Assembly: GCA_964035545.1 (NCBI GenBank)
Contig: OZ037766.1
Span: 18,005,081-18,069,080 of the forward strand
Source: Bugula neritina
Lineage: Eukaryota > Animalia > Bryozoa
DNA length: 64,000 bases
Reading direction: 5' to 3'
The notes beneath the pieces were generated by a model, which did not search any database, was not told the DNA's origin, and saw only the letters and a list, made by a program, of their open reading frames with translations. Below, in pieces: positions 46,201-62,220 of the stretch. How positions within the stretch are numbered: the first letter of the stretch is position 1; every line of letters begins with the position of its first letter. Both the position numbers and the translations under genes were made by a program.

Positions 46201-49200
46201 ACTGAAATACACTGTAACATACTGAAATACACTGTAACATATTGAAATACACTGCAACACATTGAAATATGCTGCAACATACCGAAATATCTGGTAACCT
46301 ACTGAAATATGTTGCAAACTACTGAAATATACTCAACATACTGTAACACACTGAAATATACTGTAACATACTGAAATGTACGGTAACATACTGAGATATA
46401 CTGCAAGATACTGAAATATACTACAACTCACTGAAGTGTAGTGTAATTTACGGAAATGTACTGTAACATACTGAAATTTATTGTAACATACTGAAATATA
46501 CTGCAACATACTGAAATACACTGTAACATACTGAAATGCATTGCAAAATACTGCAACATACTGAAATACACTGTAACATACTGAAATTTGCTGTATCATA
46601 CTGAAATATACTATAACCCACGGAAAAATACTGCAACATACTGAAACATACTGTAACATACTGAAATATACTGCAACATACTGAAACACACTGTAACATA
46701 CAGAAATACACTGCAACATACTGCAACATACTGAAATACACTGTAACATATTGAAATACACTGCTACACATTGAAATATGCTGCAACATACCGAAATATA
46801 TGGTAACCTACTGAAATATATTGCAAAACTACTGAAATACACTGTAACATACAGAAATACGCTGTAACATACAGAAATACACTGCAACATACTGCAACAT
46901 ACTGAAATACACTGTAACATACTGAAATACACTGCAACATACTGAAATATACTGCAACATAATGGAACATACTGGAATATACTGTAAACCACCGAAATAT
47001 ACTGCAACATACTGAAATATACTGCAAGATACTGAAACCTACTGAAATACACTGTAACATACTGAAATACACTGCAACATACTGAAATACACTGTAACAT
47101 ATTGAAATACATTGCAACACATTGAAATAAGTTGCAAGATACTGAATTATACTGCAACATACTGAAAGACACTAAAACTCACTGAAGTATAGTGAAAAAT
47201 CTGAAAATGCACTGTGGCATACTGAGATATACTGAAACACGCTGAAATATACTGGAACATACTGAAATAAACTGCAACATACTGAGATATACTGCAAGAT
47301 ACTGAAATATACTACAACTCACTGAAGTATAGTGTAAGTTGCAGAAATATACTGTAACACACTGAAATTTATTGTATCATACTGAAACATACGGCAACGT
47401 ACTGAAATACACTGTAACATACTGAAATATATTGCAAAATACTGCAACATACTGAAGTATACTGCAACATACTGAAAAACACTAAAACTCACTGAAGTAT
47501 AGTGTAATATCTGCAAACGCACTGTAACATACTGAAATTTACTGTAACACACTGAAATATACTGTAACATACTGAAATATACTGTTACATACTGAGATAT
47601 ACTGCAAGATACTGAAATATACTACAACTCACTGAAGTATAGTGTAATTAACGGAAATGTACTGTAACATACTGAAATTTATTGTAACATACTGAATTAT
47701 ACTGCAACATACTGAAATACACTGTAACATACTGAAATATATTGCAAAATACTGGAACATACTGAAGTATACTGCAACATACTGAAAGACACTAAAACTC
47801 ACTGAAGTATAGTGTAATATCTGCAAATGCACTGTAACATACTGAAATTTACTGTAACACACTGAAATATACTGTAACATACTGAAATATACTGTAACAT
47901 ACTGAGAGATACTGCAAGATACTAAAATATACTACAACTCACTGAAGTATAGTGTAATTTACGGAAATGTACTGTAACATACTGAAATTTATTGTAACAT
48001 ACTGAATTATACTGCAACATACTGAAATACACTGTAACATACTGAAATATATTGCAAAATACTGCAACATACTGAAATACACTGTAACATACTGAAAGAC
48101 ACTAAAACTCACTGAAGTATAGTGTAATATCTGCAAATGCACTGTAACATATTGAAATTTACTGTAACACAGTGAAATATACTGTAACATACTGAAATAT
48201 ACTGTAACATACTGAGATATACTGCAAGATACTGAAATATACTACAACTCACTGAAGTATAGTGTAATTTACGGAAATGTACTGTAACATACTGAAATTT
48301 ATTGTAACATACTGAATTATACTGCAACATACTGAAATACACTGTAACATACTGAAACATATTGTAAAATACTGCAACATGCTGAAATACACTGTAACAT
48401 ACTGAAAGACGCTGTATCATACTGAAATATACTATAACCCACTGAAATATACTGCAACATACTGAAATATACTGTAACAAACTGAAATATACTGCAACAT
48501 ACTGAAATACACTGTAACATACAGAAATACACTGCAACATACTGCAGCAAACTGCAACATACTGCAACATACTGTAACATACTGAAACATACTGCAACCT
48601 CCTGAAATATACTGCAACATGCTGAAATATACTGCAAGACACTGAAATATACTGCAACATACTGAAATGCACTGTAACATATTGAAATACACTGCAACAC
48701 ATTGAAATATGCTGCAACATACCGAAATATCTGGTAACCTACTGAAATATGTTGCAAACTACTGAAATATACTCATCATACTGTAACACACTGAAATATA
48801 CTGTAACATACTGAAATATACGGTAACATACTGAGATATACTGCAAGATACTGAAATATACTACAACTCACTGAAGTGTAGTGTAATTTACGGAAATGTA
48901 CTGTAACATACTGAAATTTATTGTAACATACTGAAATATACTGCAACATACTGAAATACACTGTAACATACTGAAATGCATTGCAAAATACTGCAACATA
49001 CTGAAATACACTGTAACATACTGAAATACGCTGTATCATACTGAAATATACTATAACCCACGGAAAAATACTGCAACATACTGAAACATACTGTAACATA
49101 CTGAAATATACTGCAACATACTGAAATACACTGTAACATACAGAAATACACTGCAACATACTGCAACATACTGAAATACACTGTAACATATTGAAATACA

Positions 49201-52200
49201 CTGCTACACATTGAAATATGCTGCAACATACCGAAATATATGGTAACCTACTGAAATATATTGCAAAACTACTGAAATACACTGTAACATACAGAAATAC
49301 GCTGTAACATACAGAAATACACTGCAACATACTGCAACATACTGAAATACACTGTAACATACTGAAATACACTGCAACATACTGAAATATACTGCAACAT
49401 AATGGAACATACTGGAATATACTGTAAACCACCGAAATATACTGCAACATACTGAAATATACTGCAAGATACTGAAACCTACTGAAATACACTGTAACAT
49501 ACTGAAATACACTGCAACATACTGAAATACACTGTAACATATTGAAATACAATGCAACACATTGAAATAAGTTGCAAGATACCGAATTATACTGCAACAT
49601 ACTGAAAGACACTAAAACTCACTGAAGTATAGTGAAAAATCTGAAAATGCACTGTGGCATACTGAAATATACTGAAACACGCTGAAATATACTGGAACAT
49701 ACTGAAATAAACTGCAACATACTGAGATATACTGCAAGATACTGAAATATACTACAACTCACTGAAGTATAGTGTAAGTTGCAGAAATATACTGTAACAC
49801 ACTGAAATTTATTGTATCATACTGAAATATACGGCAACGTACTGAAATACACTGTAACATACTGAAATATATTGCAAAATACTGCAACATACTGAAGTAT
49901 ACTGCAACATACTGAAAGACACTAAAACTCGCTGAAGTATAGTGTAATATCTGCAAACGCACTGTAACATACTGAAATTTACTGTAACACACTGAAATAT
50001 ACTGTAACATACTGAAATATACTGTTACATACTGAGATATACTGCAAGATACTGAAATATACTACAACTCACTGAAGTATAGTGTAATTAACGGAAATGC
50101 ATGGTAACATACTGAAATTTATTGTAACATACTGAATTATACTGCAACATACTGAAATACACTGTAACATACTGAAATATATTGCAAAATACTGCAACAT
50201 ACTGAAGTATACTGCAACATACTGAAAGACACTAAAACTCACTGAAGTATAGTGTAATATCTGCAAATGCACTGTAACATACTGAAATTTACTGTAACAC
50301 ACTGAAATATACTGTAACATACTGAAATATACTGTAACATACTGAGATATACTGCAAGATACTAAAATATACTACAACTCACTGAAGTATAGTGTAATTT
50401 ACGGAAATGTACTGTAACATACTGAAATTTATTGTAACATACTGAATTATTTTGCAACATACTGAAATACACTGTAACATACTGAAATATATTGCAAAAT
50501 ACTGCAACATACTGAAATACACTGTAACATACTGAAAGACACTAAAACTCACTGAAGTATAGTGTAATATCTGGAAATGCACTGTGACATAATGAAATAT
50601 ACTGAAACACGCTGAAATATACTGCAACATACTGAAATATACTGTAACATACTGAAATTTATTGTAACATACCGAATTATACTGCAACATACTGAAATAT
50701 ACTGTAACATACTGAAACATATTGCAAAATACTGCAACATACTTAAATACACTGTAACATACTGAAAGACACTAAAACTCACTGAAGTATAGTGTAATAT
50801 CTGGAAATGCACTGTGACATACTGAAATATACTGAAACACGCTGAAATATACTTCAACATAATGAAATATACCTAAAAATATTGAAACATACTGAAATAC
50901 ACTGTAACATGCTGAAATACACTGTATCATACTGAAGTATACTGTAACGCACTGAAATATACTGTAACATACTGAATTATACTGAAACATACTGCAAAAT
51001 CCTGAAATATACTGCAACATGCTGAAATATACTGCAAGACACTGAAACCTACTGAAATACACTGTAACATACTGAAATACACTGCAACATACTGAAATAC
51101 ACTGTAACATACAGACATACACTGCAACATACTGCAGCATACTGCAACATGCTGCAACATACTGAAATACACTGTAACATATTGAAATACACTGCAACAC
51201 ATTGAAATATGCTGTAACATACTGAGATATACTGCAAGACACTGAAATATACTACAGCTCACTGAAGTATAGTGTAATTTACGGAAATGTACTGTAACAT
51301 ACTGAAATTTATTGTAACATACTGAAATATACTGCAACATACTGAAATACACTGTAACATACTGAAATATATTGCAAAATACTGCAACATACTGAAATAC
51401 ACTGTAACATACTCAAATACATTGTATCATACTGGAATATGCTATAACCCACTGAAATATACTGCAACTTACTGAAATATACTGTAACATACTGAAATAT
51501 ACTGCAACATACTGAAATACACTGTAACATACAGAAGTATGCTGTAACATACAGAAATACACTGCAACATACTGCAACATACTGAAATACACTGTAACAT
51601 ACTGAAACACAATGCAACATACTGAAATATACTGCAACATACTGGAACATACTGGAATATACTGTAACCCACTGAAATATACTGCAACATACTCAAATAT
51701 ACTGCAAGATACTGAAACCTACTGAAATACACTGTAACATACTGAAATACACTGCAACATGCTGCAACATACTGAAATACACTGTAACATATTGAAATAC
51801 ATTGCAACACATTGAAATAAGTTGCAAGATACCGAAATATACTGCAACATACTGAAAGACACTAAAACTCACTGAAGTATAGTGAAAAATTTAAAAATGC
51901 ACTGTGGCATACTGAAATATACTGAAACACGCTGAAATATACTGGAACATACTGAAATAAACTGTAACATACTGAGATATACTTCAAGATACTGAAATAT
52001 ACTACAACTCACTGAAGTATAGCGTAATTTGCAGAAATGTACTGTAACACACTGAAATTTATTGTATCATACTGAAATATACTGCAACGTACTGAAATAC
52101 ACTGTAACATACTAAAATATATTGCAAAATACTGCAACATACTGAAATATACTGCAACATACTGAAAGACACTAAAACTCACTGAAGTATAGTGTAATAT

Positions 52201-53029
52201 CTGCAAATGCACTGTAACATACTGAAATTTACTGTAACACACTGAAATATACTGTAACATACTGAAATATACTGTAACATACTGAGATATACTGTGAGAT
52301 TCTGAAATATGCTACAACTCACTGAAGTATAGTGTAATTTACGGAAATGTACTGTAACATACTGAAATTTATTGTAACATACTGAATTATACTGCAACAT
52401 ACTGAAATACACTGTAACATACTGAAAGACACTAAAACTCACTGAAGTATAGTGTAATATCTGCAAATGCACTGTAACATATTGAAGTTTACTGTAACAC
52501 AGTGAAATATACTGTAACATACTGAAATATACTGTAACATACTGAGATATACTGCAAAATACTGAAATATACTACAACTCACTGAAGTATAGTGTAATTT
52601 ACGAAAATGTACTGTAACATACTGGAATTTATTGTATCATACTGAAATATACTGCAACATACTGAAATACACTGTAGCATACTAAAATGTATTGCAAAAT
52701 ACTGCAACATACTGAGATATACTGCAACATACTGAAAGACACTAAAACTCACTGAAGTATAGTGTAATATCTGCAAATGCACTGTAACATACTGAAATTT
52801 ACTGTAACACACTGAAATATACTGTAACATACTGAAATACACAATAACATACTGAGATATACTGCAAGATACTGAAATATACTACAACTCACTGAAGTAT
52901 AGTGTAATATCTGCAAATGCACTGTAACATACTGAAATTTACTGTAGCACACTGAAATATACTGTAACATACAGAAATATACTGTAACATACTGAGATAT
53001 ACTGCAAGATACTGAAATATACTACAACT
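20632..53029. repeat. Large tandem duplication: copy A about 20632-34359 (13.7 kb), copy B about 34360-53029 (18.7 kb, with an extra 4770 bp)
   Basis: Offset 13728 (20632/34360, 22962/36690, 24416/38144, 27401/41129), then 13899 after a 171-bp deletion in copy A (28650/42549, 30104/44003), then 18669 (31090/49759, 32103/50772, 34080/52749). An internal offset of 4770 is seen at 40219/44989 and 42549/47319. Confidence 0.82.
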
Positions 53030-53379
53030 CACTGAAGTATAGTGTAATTTACGGAAATGTACTGTAACATACTGAAATTTATTGTAACATACTGAATTAT
53101 ACAGCAACATACTGAAATACACTGCAACATACTGAAATACACTGTAACATACTGAAAGACACTAAAACTCACTGAAGTATGGTGTAATATCTGCAAATGC
53201 ACTGTAACATATTGAAATTTACTGTAACACAGTGAAATATACTGTAACATACTGAAATATACTGTAACATACTGAGATATACTGCAAGATACTGAAATAT
53301 ACTACAACTCACTGAAGTATAGTGTAATTTACGAAAATGTACTGTAACATACTGAAATTTATTTTAACATACTGAGTTA

Positions 53380-56000
53380 TACTGCAACATACTGAAATAC
53401 ACTGTAACATACTGAAACATATTGCAAAGTACTGCAACATACTGAAATACACTGTAACATACTGAAAGACGCTGTATCATAATGAAATATACTATAACCC
53501 AGTGAAATATACTGCAACATACTGAAATATACTGTAACAAACTGAAATATACTGCAACATACTGAAATACACTGTAACATACAGAAATACACTGCAACAT
53601 ACTGCAGCAAACTGCAACATACTGCAACATACTGAAACACACTGTAACATATTGAAATACACTGCAACACATTGAAATATGCTTCAACATACCGAAATAT
53701 ATGGTAACCTACTGAAACATGTTGCAAACTACTGAAATATACTGCAACATACTGCAACTTAATGAAATATACTGTAACACACTGAAATATACTGCAAAAT
53801 ACTGCAAAATACTGTAACATACTGAAACATACTGCAACATCCTGAAATATACTGCAACATGCTGAAATATACTGCAAGACACTGAAACCTACTGAAATAC
53901 ACTGTAACATACTGAAATACACTGCAACATACTGCAACATACTGAAATACATTGTGACATATTGAAATGCATTGCAACACATTGAAATATGTTGCAAGAT
54001 ACTGAAATATAATGCAACATACTGAACGACACTAAAACTCACTGAAGTATAGTGTAATACCTGAAAATGCACTGTGATATACTGAAATACACTGTAACAC
54101 ACTGAAATATACTGCAAAATACTGAAACATACTGAAATATATTGCAAAATAATGCAACATACTGAAATACGGTTTAACATACTGAAATACACTGTAACAT
54201 ACTGATATGCACTGCAACATACTGAAATACACGGCAACATACTGGAACATACTGGAATATACTGTAACCCACTGAAATATACTACAACATACTGAAATAT
54301 ACTGCAAGATACTGAAACCTACTGAAATACACTGTAACATACTGAAATACACTGCAACATGCTGCAACATACTGAAATACACTGTAACATATTAAAATAC
54401 ATTGCAACACATTGAAATAAGTTGCAAGATATCGAAATATACTGCAACATACTGAAAGACACTAAAACTCACTGAAGTATAGTGAAAAATGTAAAAATGC
54501 ACTGTGGCATGCTGAAATATACTGAAACACGCTGAAATATACTGGAACATACTGAAATAAACTGTAACATACTGAGATATACTGCGAGATACTGAAATAT
54601 GCTACAACTCACTGAAGTATAGTGTAATTTACGGAAATGTACTGTAACATACTGAAATTTATTGTAACATACTGAATTATACTGCAACATACTGAAATAC
54701 ACTGTAACATACTGAAACATATTGCAAAGTACTGCAACATACTGAAATACACTGTAACATACTGAAAGACGCTGTATCATAATGAAATATACTATAACCC
54801 AGTGAAATATACTGCAACATACTGAAATATACTGTAACAAACTGAAATATACTGCAACATACTGAAATACACTGTAACATACAGAAATACACTGCAACAT
54901 ACTGCAGCAAACTGCAACATACTGCAACATACTGAAACACACTGTAACATATTGAAATACACTGCAACACATTGAAATATGCTTCAACATACCGAAATAT
55001 ATGGTAACCTACTGAAACATGTTGCAAACTACTGAAATATACTGCAACATACTGCAACTTAATGAAATATACTGTAACACACTGAAATATACTGCAAAAT
55101 ACTGCAAAATACTGTAACATACTGAAACATACTGCAACATCCTGAAATATACTGCAACATGCTGAAATATACTGCAAGACACTGAAACCTACTGAAATAC
55201 ACTGTAACATACTGAAATACACTGCAACATACTGCAACATACTGAAATACATTGTGACATATTGAAATGCATTGCAACACATTGAAATATGTTGCAAGAT
55301 ACTGAAATATAATGCAACATACTGAACGACACTAAAACTCACTGAAGTATAGTGTAATACCTGAAAATGCACTGTGATATACTGAAATACACTGTAACAC
55401 ACTGAAATATACTGCAAAATACTGAAACATACTGAAATATATTGCAAAATAATGCAACATACTGAAATACGGTTTAACATACTGAAATACACTGTAACAT
55501 ACTGATATGCACTGCAACATACTGAAATACACGGCAACATACTGGAACATACTGGAATATACTGTAACCCACTGAAATATACTACAACATACTGAAATAT
55601 ACTGCAAGATACTGAAACCTACTGAAATACACTGTAACATACTGAAATACACTGCAACATGCTGCAACATACTGAAATACACTGTAACATATTAAAATAC
55701 ATTGCAACACATTGAAATAAGTTGCAAGATATCGAAATATACTGCAACATACTGAAAGACACTAAAACTCACTGAAGTATAGTGAAAAATGTAAAAATGC
55801 ACTGTGGCATGCTGAAATATACTGAAACACGCTGAAATATACTGGAACATACTGAAATAAACTGTAACATACTGAGATATACTGCGAGATACTGAAATAT
55901 GCTACAACTCACTGAAGTATAGTGTAATTTACGGAAATGTACTGTAACATACTGAAATTTATTGTAACATACTGAATTATACTGCAACATACTGAAATAC
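53380..56000. repeat. 1300-bp tandem duplication
   Basis: Offsets 53377/54677, 53759/55059, 54032/55332 and 54469/55769, with shared rare variants such as ATATCGAAAT and GGTTTAACAT. Confidence 0.85.
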
Positions 56001-56279
56001 ACTGTAACATACTGAAAGACACTAAAACTCACTGAAGTATAGTGTAATATCTGCAAATGCACTGTAACATATTGAAATTTAGTGTAACACAGTGAAATAT
56101 ACTGTAACATACTGAAATATACTGTAGCATACTAAGATATACTGCAAGATAATGAAATATACTACAACTCACTGAAGTATAGTGTAATTTACGAAAATGT
56201 ACTGTAACATACTGAAATTTATTGTAACATACTGAATTATACTGCAACATACTGAAATACACTGCAACATACTGAAATA

Positions 56280-59200
56280 CACTGTAACATACTGAAAGAC
56301 ACTAAAACTCACTGAAGTATAGTGTAATATCTGCAAATGCACTGTAACATATTGAAATTTACTGTAACACAGTGAAATATACTGTAACATACTGAAATAT
56401 ACTGTAACATACTGAGATATACTGCAAGATACTGAAATATACTACAACTCTCTGAAGTATAGTGTAATTTACGAAAATGTACTGTAACATACTGAAATTT
56501 ATTGTAACATACTGAGTTATACTGCAACATACTGAAATACACTGTAACATACTGAAACATATTGCAAAGTACTGCAACATACTGAAATACACTGTAACAT
56601 ACTGAAAGACGCTGTATCATAATGAAATATACTATAACCCACTGAAATATACTGCAACATACTGAAATATACTGTAACAAACTGAAATATACTGCAACAT
56701 ACTGAAATACACTGTAACATACAGAAATACACTGCAACATACTGCAGCAAACTGCAACATACTGCAACATACTGAAATACACTGTAACATATTGAAATAC
56801 ACTGCAACACATTGAAATATGCTTCAACATACCGAAATATATGGTAACCTACTGAAATATGTTGCAAACTACTGAAATATGCTGCAACATACTGCAACTT
56901 AATGAAATATACTGTAACATACTGAAATATACTGGAAGATACTGAAACCTACTGAAATACACTGTAACATACTGAAATACACTGTAACATATTGAAATAC
57001 ATTGCAACACATTGAAATAAGTTGCAAGATACTGAATTATACTGCAACATACTGAAAGACACTAAAACTCACTGAAGTATAGTGAAAAATCTGAAAATGC
57101 ACTGTGGCATACTGAAAAATACTGAAACACGCTGAAATATACTGAAACATACTGAAATAAACTGCAACATACTGAGATATACTGCAAGATACTGAAATAT
57201 ACTACAACTCACTGAAGTATAGTGTAGTTTGCAGAAATGTACTGTAACACACTGAAATTTATTGTATCATACTGAAATATACGGCAACGTACTGAAATAC
57301 ACTGTAACATACTGAAATATATTGCAAAATACTGCAACATACTGAAGTATACTGCAACATACTGAAAGACACTAGAACTCACTGAAGTATAGTGTAATAT
57401 CTGCAAATGCACTGTAACATACTGAAATTACTGTAACACACTGAAATATACTGTAACATACTGAAATATACTGTAACATACGGAGATATACTGCGAGATA
57501 CTGAAATATACTACAACTCACTGAAGTATAGTGTAATTTTCGGAAATGTACTGTAACATACCGAATTTTATGGTAACATACTGAATTATACTGCAACATA
57601 CTGAAATATACTGTAACGTACTGAAATATGTTGCAAAATACTGCAACATACTGAAATACACTGTAACATACTGAAATACGCTGTATCATACTGAAATATA
57701 CTATAACCCACTGAAATATACTGCAACATACTGAAATATACTGTAACATACTGAAATATACTGCAACATACTGAAATACACTGTAACATACAGAAATACA
57801 CTGCAACATACTGCAGCATACTGCAACATGCTGCAACATGCTGAAATACACTGTAACATATTGAAATATACTGCAACATACTGGAACATACTGGAATATA
57901 CTGTAACCCACTGAAATATACTGCAACATACTGAAATATACTGCAAGATACTGAAACCTACTGAAATACACTGTACCATACTGAAATACACTGCAACATG
58001 CTGCAACATACTGAAATACACTGTAACATATTGAAATACATTGCAACACATTGAAATAAGTTGCAAGATAACGAAATATACTGCAACATACTGAAAGACA
58101 CTAAAACTCACTGAAGTATAGTGAAAAATCTAAAAATGCACTGTGGCATACTGAAATATACTGAAACACGCTGAAATATACTGGAACATACTGAAATAAA
58201 CTGTAACATACTGAGATATACTGCAAGATACTGAAACCTACTGAAATACACTGTAACATACTGAAATACACTGCAACATACTGCAACATACTGAAATACA
58301 TTGTGACATATTGAAATGCATTGCAACACATTGAAATATGTTGCAAGATACTGAAATATAATGCAACATACTGAACGACACTAAAACTCACTGAAGTATA
58401 GTGTAATACCTGAAAATGCACTGTGATATACTGAAATACACTGTAACACACTGAAATATACTGCAAAATACTGAAACATACTGAAATATATTGCAAAATA
58501 CTGCAACATACTGAAATACGGTTTAACATACTGAAATACACTGTAACATACTGATATGCACTGCAACATACTGAAATACACGGCAACATACTGGAACATA
58601 CTGGAATATACTGTAACCCACTGAAATACACTACAACATACTGAACTATACTGCAAGATACTGAAACCTACTGAAATACACTGTAACATACTGAAATACA
58701 CTGCAACATGCTGCAACATACTGAAATACACTGTAACATATTAAAATACATTGCAACACATTGAAATAAGTTGCAAGATACCGAAACATACTGCAACATA
58801 CTGAAAGACACTAAAACTCACTGAAGTATGGTGTAATATCTGCAAATGCACTGTAACATATTGAAATTTACTGTAACACAGTGAAATATACTGTAACATA
58901 CTGAAATATACTGTAACATACAGAGATATACTGCAAGATACTGAAATATACTACAACTCACTGAAATATAGTGTAATTTACGAAAATGTACTGTAACATA
59001 CTGAAATTTATTGTAACATACTGAATTATACTGCAACATACTGGAATACACTGTAACATACTGAAACATATTGCAAAATACTGCAACATACTGAAATACG
59101 CTGTAACATACTGAAAGACGCCGTATCATACTGAAATATACTATAACCCACTGAAATATACTGCAACATACTGAAAAATACTGTAACATACTGAAATATA

Positions 59201-62200
59201 CTGCAACATACTGAAATACACTGTAACATACAGCAATACACTGCAACATACTGCAGCATACTGCAACATACTGCAACATGCTGAAATACACTGTAACATA
59301 CTGAAATATATTGCAAAATACTGCAACATACTGAAATACACTGTAACATACTGAAAGACACTAAAACTCACTGAAGTATAGCGTAATATCTGGAAATGCA
59401 CTGTGACATACTGAAATATACTGAAACACGCTGAAATATACTGCAACATACTGAAATATACTGTAACATACCGAAATTTATTGTAACATACCGAATTATA
59501 CTGCAACATACTGAAATATACTGTAACATACTGAAATATATTGCAAAATACTGCAACATACTTAAATACACTGTAACATACTGAAAGACACTAAAACTCA
59601 CTGAAGTATAGTGTAATATCTGGAAATGCACTGTGACATACTGAAATATACTGAAACACGCTGAATTATACTGCAACATACTGAAATACACTGCAACATA
59701 CTGAAATACACTGTAACATACTGAAAGACACTAAAACTCACTGAAGAATAGTGTAATATCTGCAAATGCACTGTAACATATTGAAATTTACTGTAACACA
59801 GTGAAATATACTGTAACATACTGAAATATACTGTAACATACTGAGATATACTGCAAGATACTGAAATATACTACAACTCTCTGAAGTATAGTGTAATTTA
59901 CGAAAATGTACTGTAACATACTGAAATTTATAGTAACATACTGAGTTATACTGCAACATACTGAAATACACTGTAACATACTGAAACATATTGCAAAGTA
60001 CTGCAACATACTGAAATACACTGTAACATACTGAAAGACGCTGTATCATAATGAAATATACTATAACCCACTGAAATATACTGCAACATACTGAAATATA
60101 CTGTAACAAACTGAAATATACTGCAACTTACTGAAATACACTGTAACATACAGAAATACACTGCAACATACTGCAGCAAACTGCAACATACTGCAACATA
60201 CTGAAATACACTGTAACATATTGAAATACACTGCAACACATTGAAATATGCTTCAACATACCGAAATATATGGTAACCTACTGAAATATGTTGCAAACTA
60301 CTGAAATATATTGCAACATACTGCAACTTAATGAAATATACTGTAAAATACTGAAATATACTGGAAGATACTGAAACCTACTGAAATACACTGTAACATA
60401 CTGAAATACACTGCAACATACTGCAACATACTGAAATACACTGTAACATATTGAAATACATTGCAACACATTGAAATAAGTTGCAAGATACTGAATTATA
60501 CTGCAACATACTGAAAGACACTAAAACTAACTGAAGTATAGTGAAAAATCTGAAAATGCACTGTGGCATACTGAAATATACTGAAACACGCTGAAATATA
60601 CTGGAACATACTGAAATAAACTGCAACATACTGAGATATACTGCAAGATACTGAAATATACTACAACTCACTGAAGTATAGTGTAGTTTGCAGAAATGTA
60701 CTGTAACACACTGAAATTTATTGTATCATACTGAAATATACGGCAACGTACTGAAATACACTGTAACATACTGAAATATATTGCAAAATACTGCAACATA
60801 CTGAAGTATACTGCAACATACTGAAAGACACTAAAACTCACTGAAGTATAGTGTAATATCTGCAAATGCACTGTAACATACTGAAATTACTGTAACACAC
60901 TGAAATATACTGTAACATACTGAAATATACTGTAACATACGGAGATATACTGCGAGATACTGAAATATACTACAACTCACTGAAGTATAGTGTAATTTTC
61001 GGAAATGTACTGTAACATACTGAATTTTATGGTAACATACTGAATTATACTGCAACATACTGAAATATACTGTAACGTACTGAAATATGTTGCAAAATAC
61101 TGCAACATACTGAAATACACTGTAACATACTGAAATACGCTGTAACATACTGAAATATACTATAACCCACTGAAATATACTGCAACATACTGAAATATAC
61201 TGTAACATACTGAAATATACTGCAACATACTGAAATACACTGTAACATACAGAAATACACTGCAACATGCTGCAGCATACTGCAACATGCTGCAACATGC
61301 TGAAATACACTGTAACATATTGAAATATACTGCAACATACTGGAACATACTGGAATATACTGTAACCCACTGAAATATACTGCAACATACTGAAATATAC
61401 TGCAACATACTGAAATACACTGTAACATATTGAAATACATTGCAACACATTGAAATAAGTTGCAAGATACCGAAATATACTGCAACATACTGAAAGACAC
61501 TAAAACTCACTGAAGTATAGTGAAAAATCTAAAAATGCACTGTGGCATACTGAAATATACTGAAACACGCTGAAATATACTGGAACATACTGAAATAAAC
61601 TGTAACATACTGAGATATACTGCAAGATACTGAAACCTACTGAAATACACTGTAACATACTGAAATACACTGCAACATACTGCAACATACTGAAATACAT
61701 TGTGACATATTGAAATGCATTGCAACACATTGAAATATGTTGCAAGATACTGAAATATAATGCAACATACTGAACGACACTAAAACTCACTGAAGTATAG
61801 TGTAATACCTGAAAATGCACTGTGATATACTGAAATACACTGTAACACACTGAAATATACTGCAAAATACTGAAACATACTGAAATATATTGCAAAATAC
61901 TGCAACATACTGAAATACGGTTTAACATACTGAAATACACTGTAACATACTGATATGCACTGCAACATACTGAAATACACGGCAACATACTGGAACATAC
62001 TGGAATATACTGTAACCCACTGAAATACACTACAACATACTGAAATATACTGCAAGATACTGAAACCTACTGAAATACACTGTAACATACTGAAATACAC
62101 TGCAACATGCTGCAAAATACTGAAATACACTGTAACATATTAAAATACATTGCAACACATTGAAATAAGTTGCAAGATACCGAAATATACTGCAACATAC

Positions 62201-62220
62201 TGAAAGACACTAAAACTCAC
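56280..62220. repeat. About 3.4-kb higher-order duplication (offsets 3429, 3459, 3399)
   Basis: Offsets 56309/59738, 56517/59946, 57209/60668, 58101/61500 and 58381/61780. The offset changes only by multiples of 10. Confidence 0.78.
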
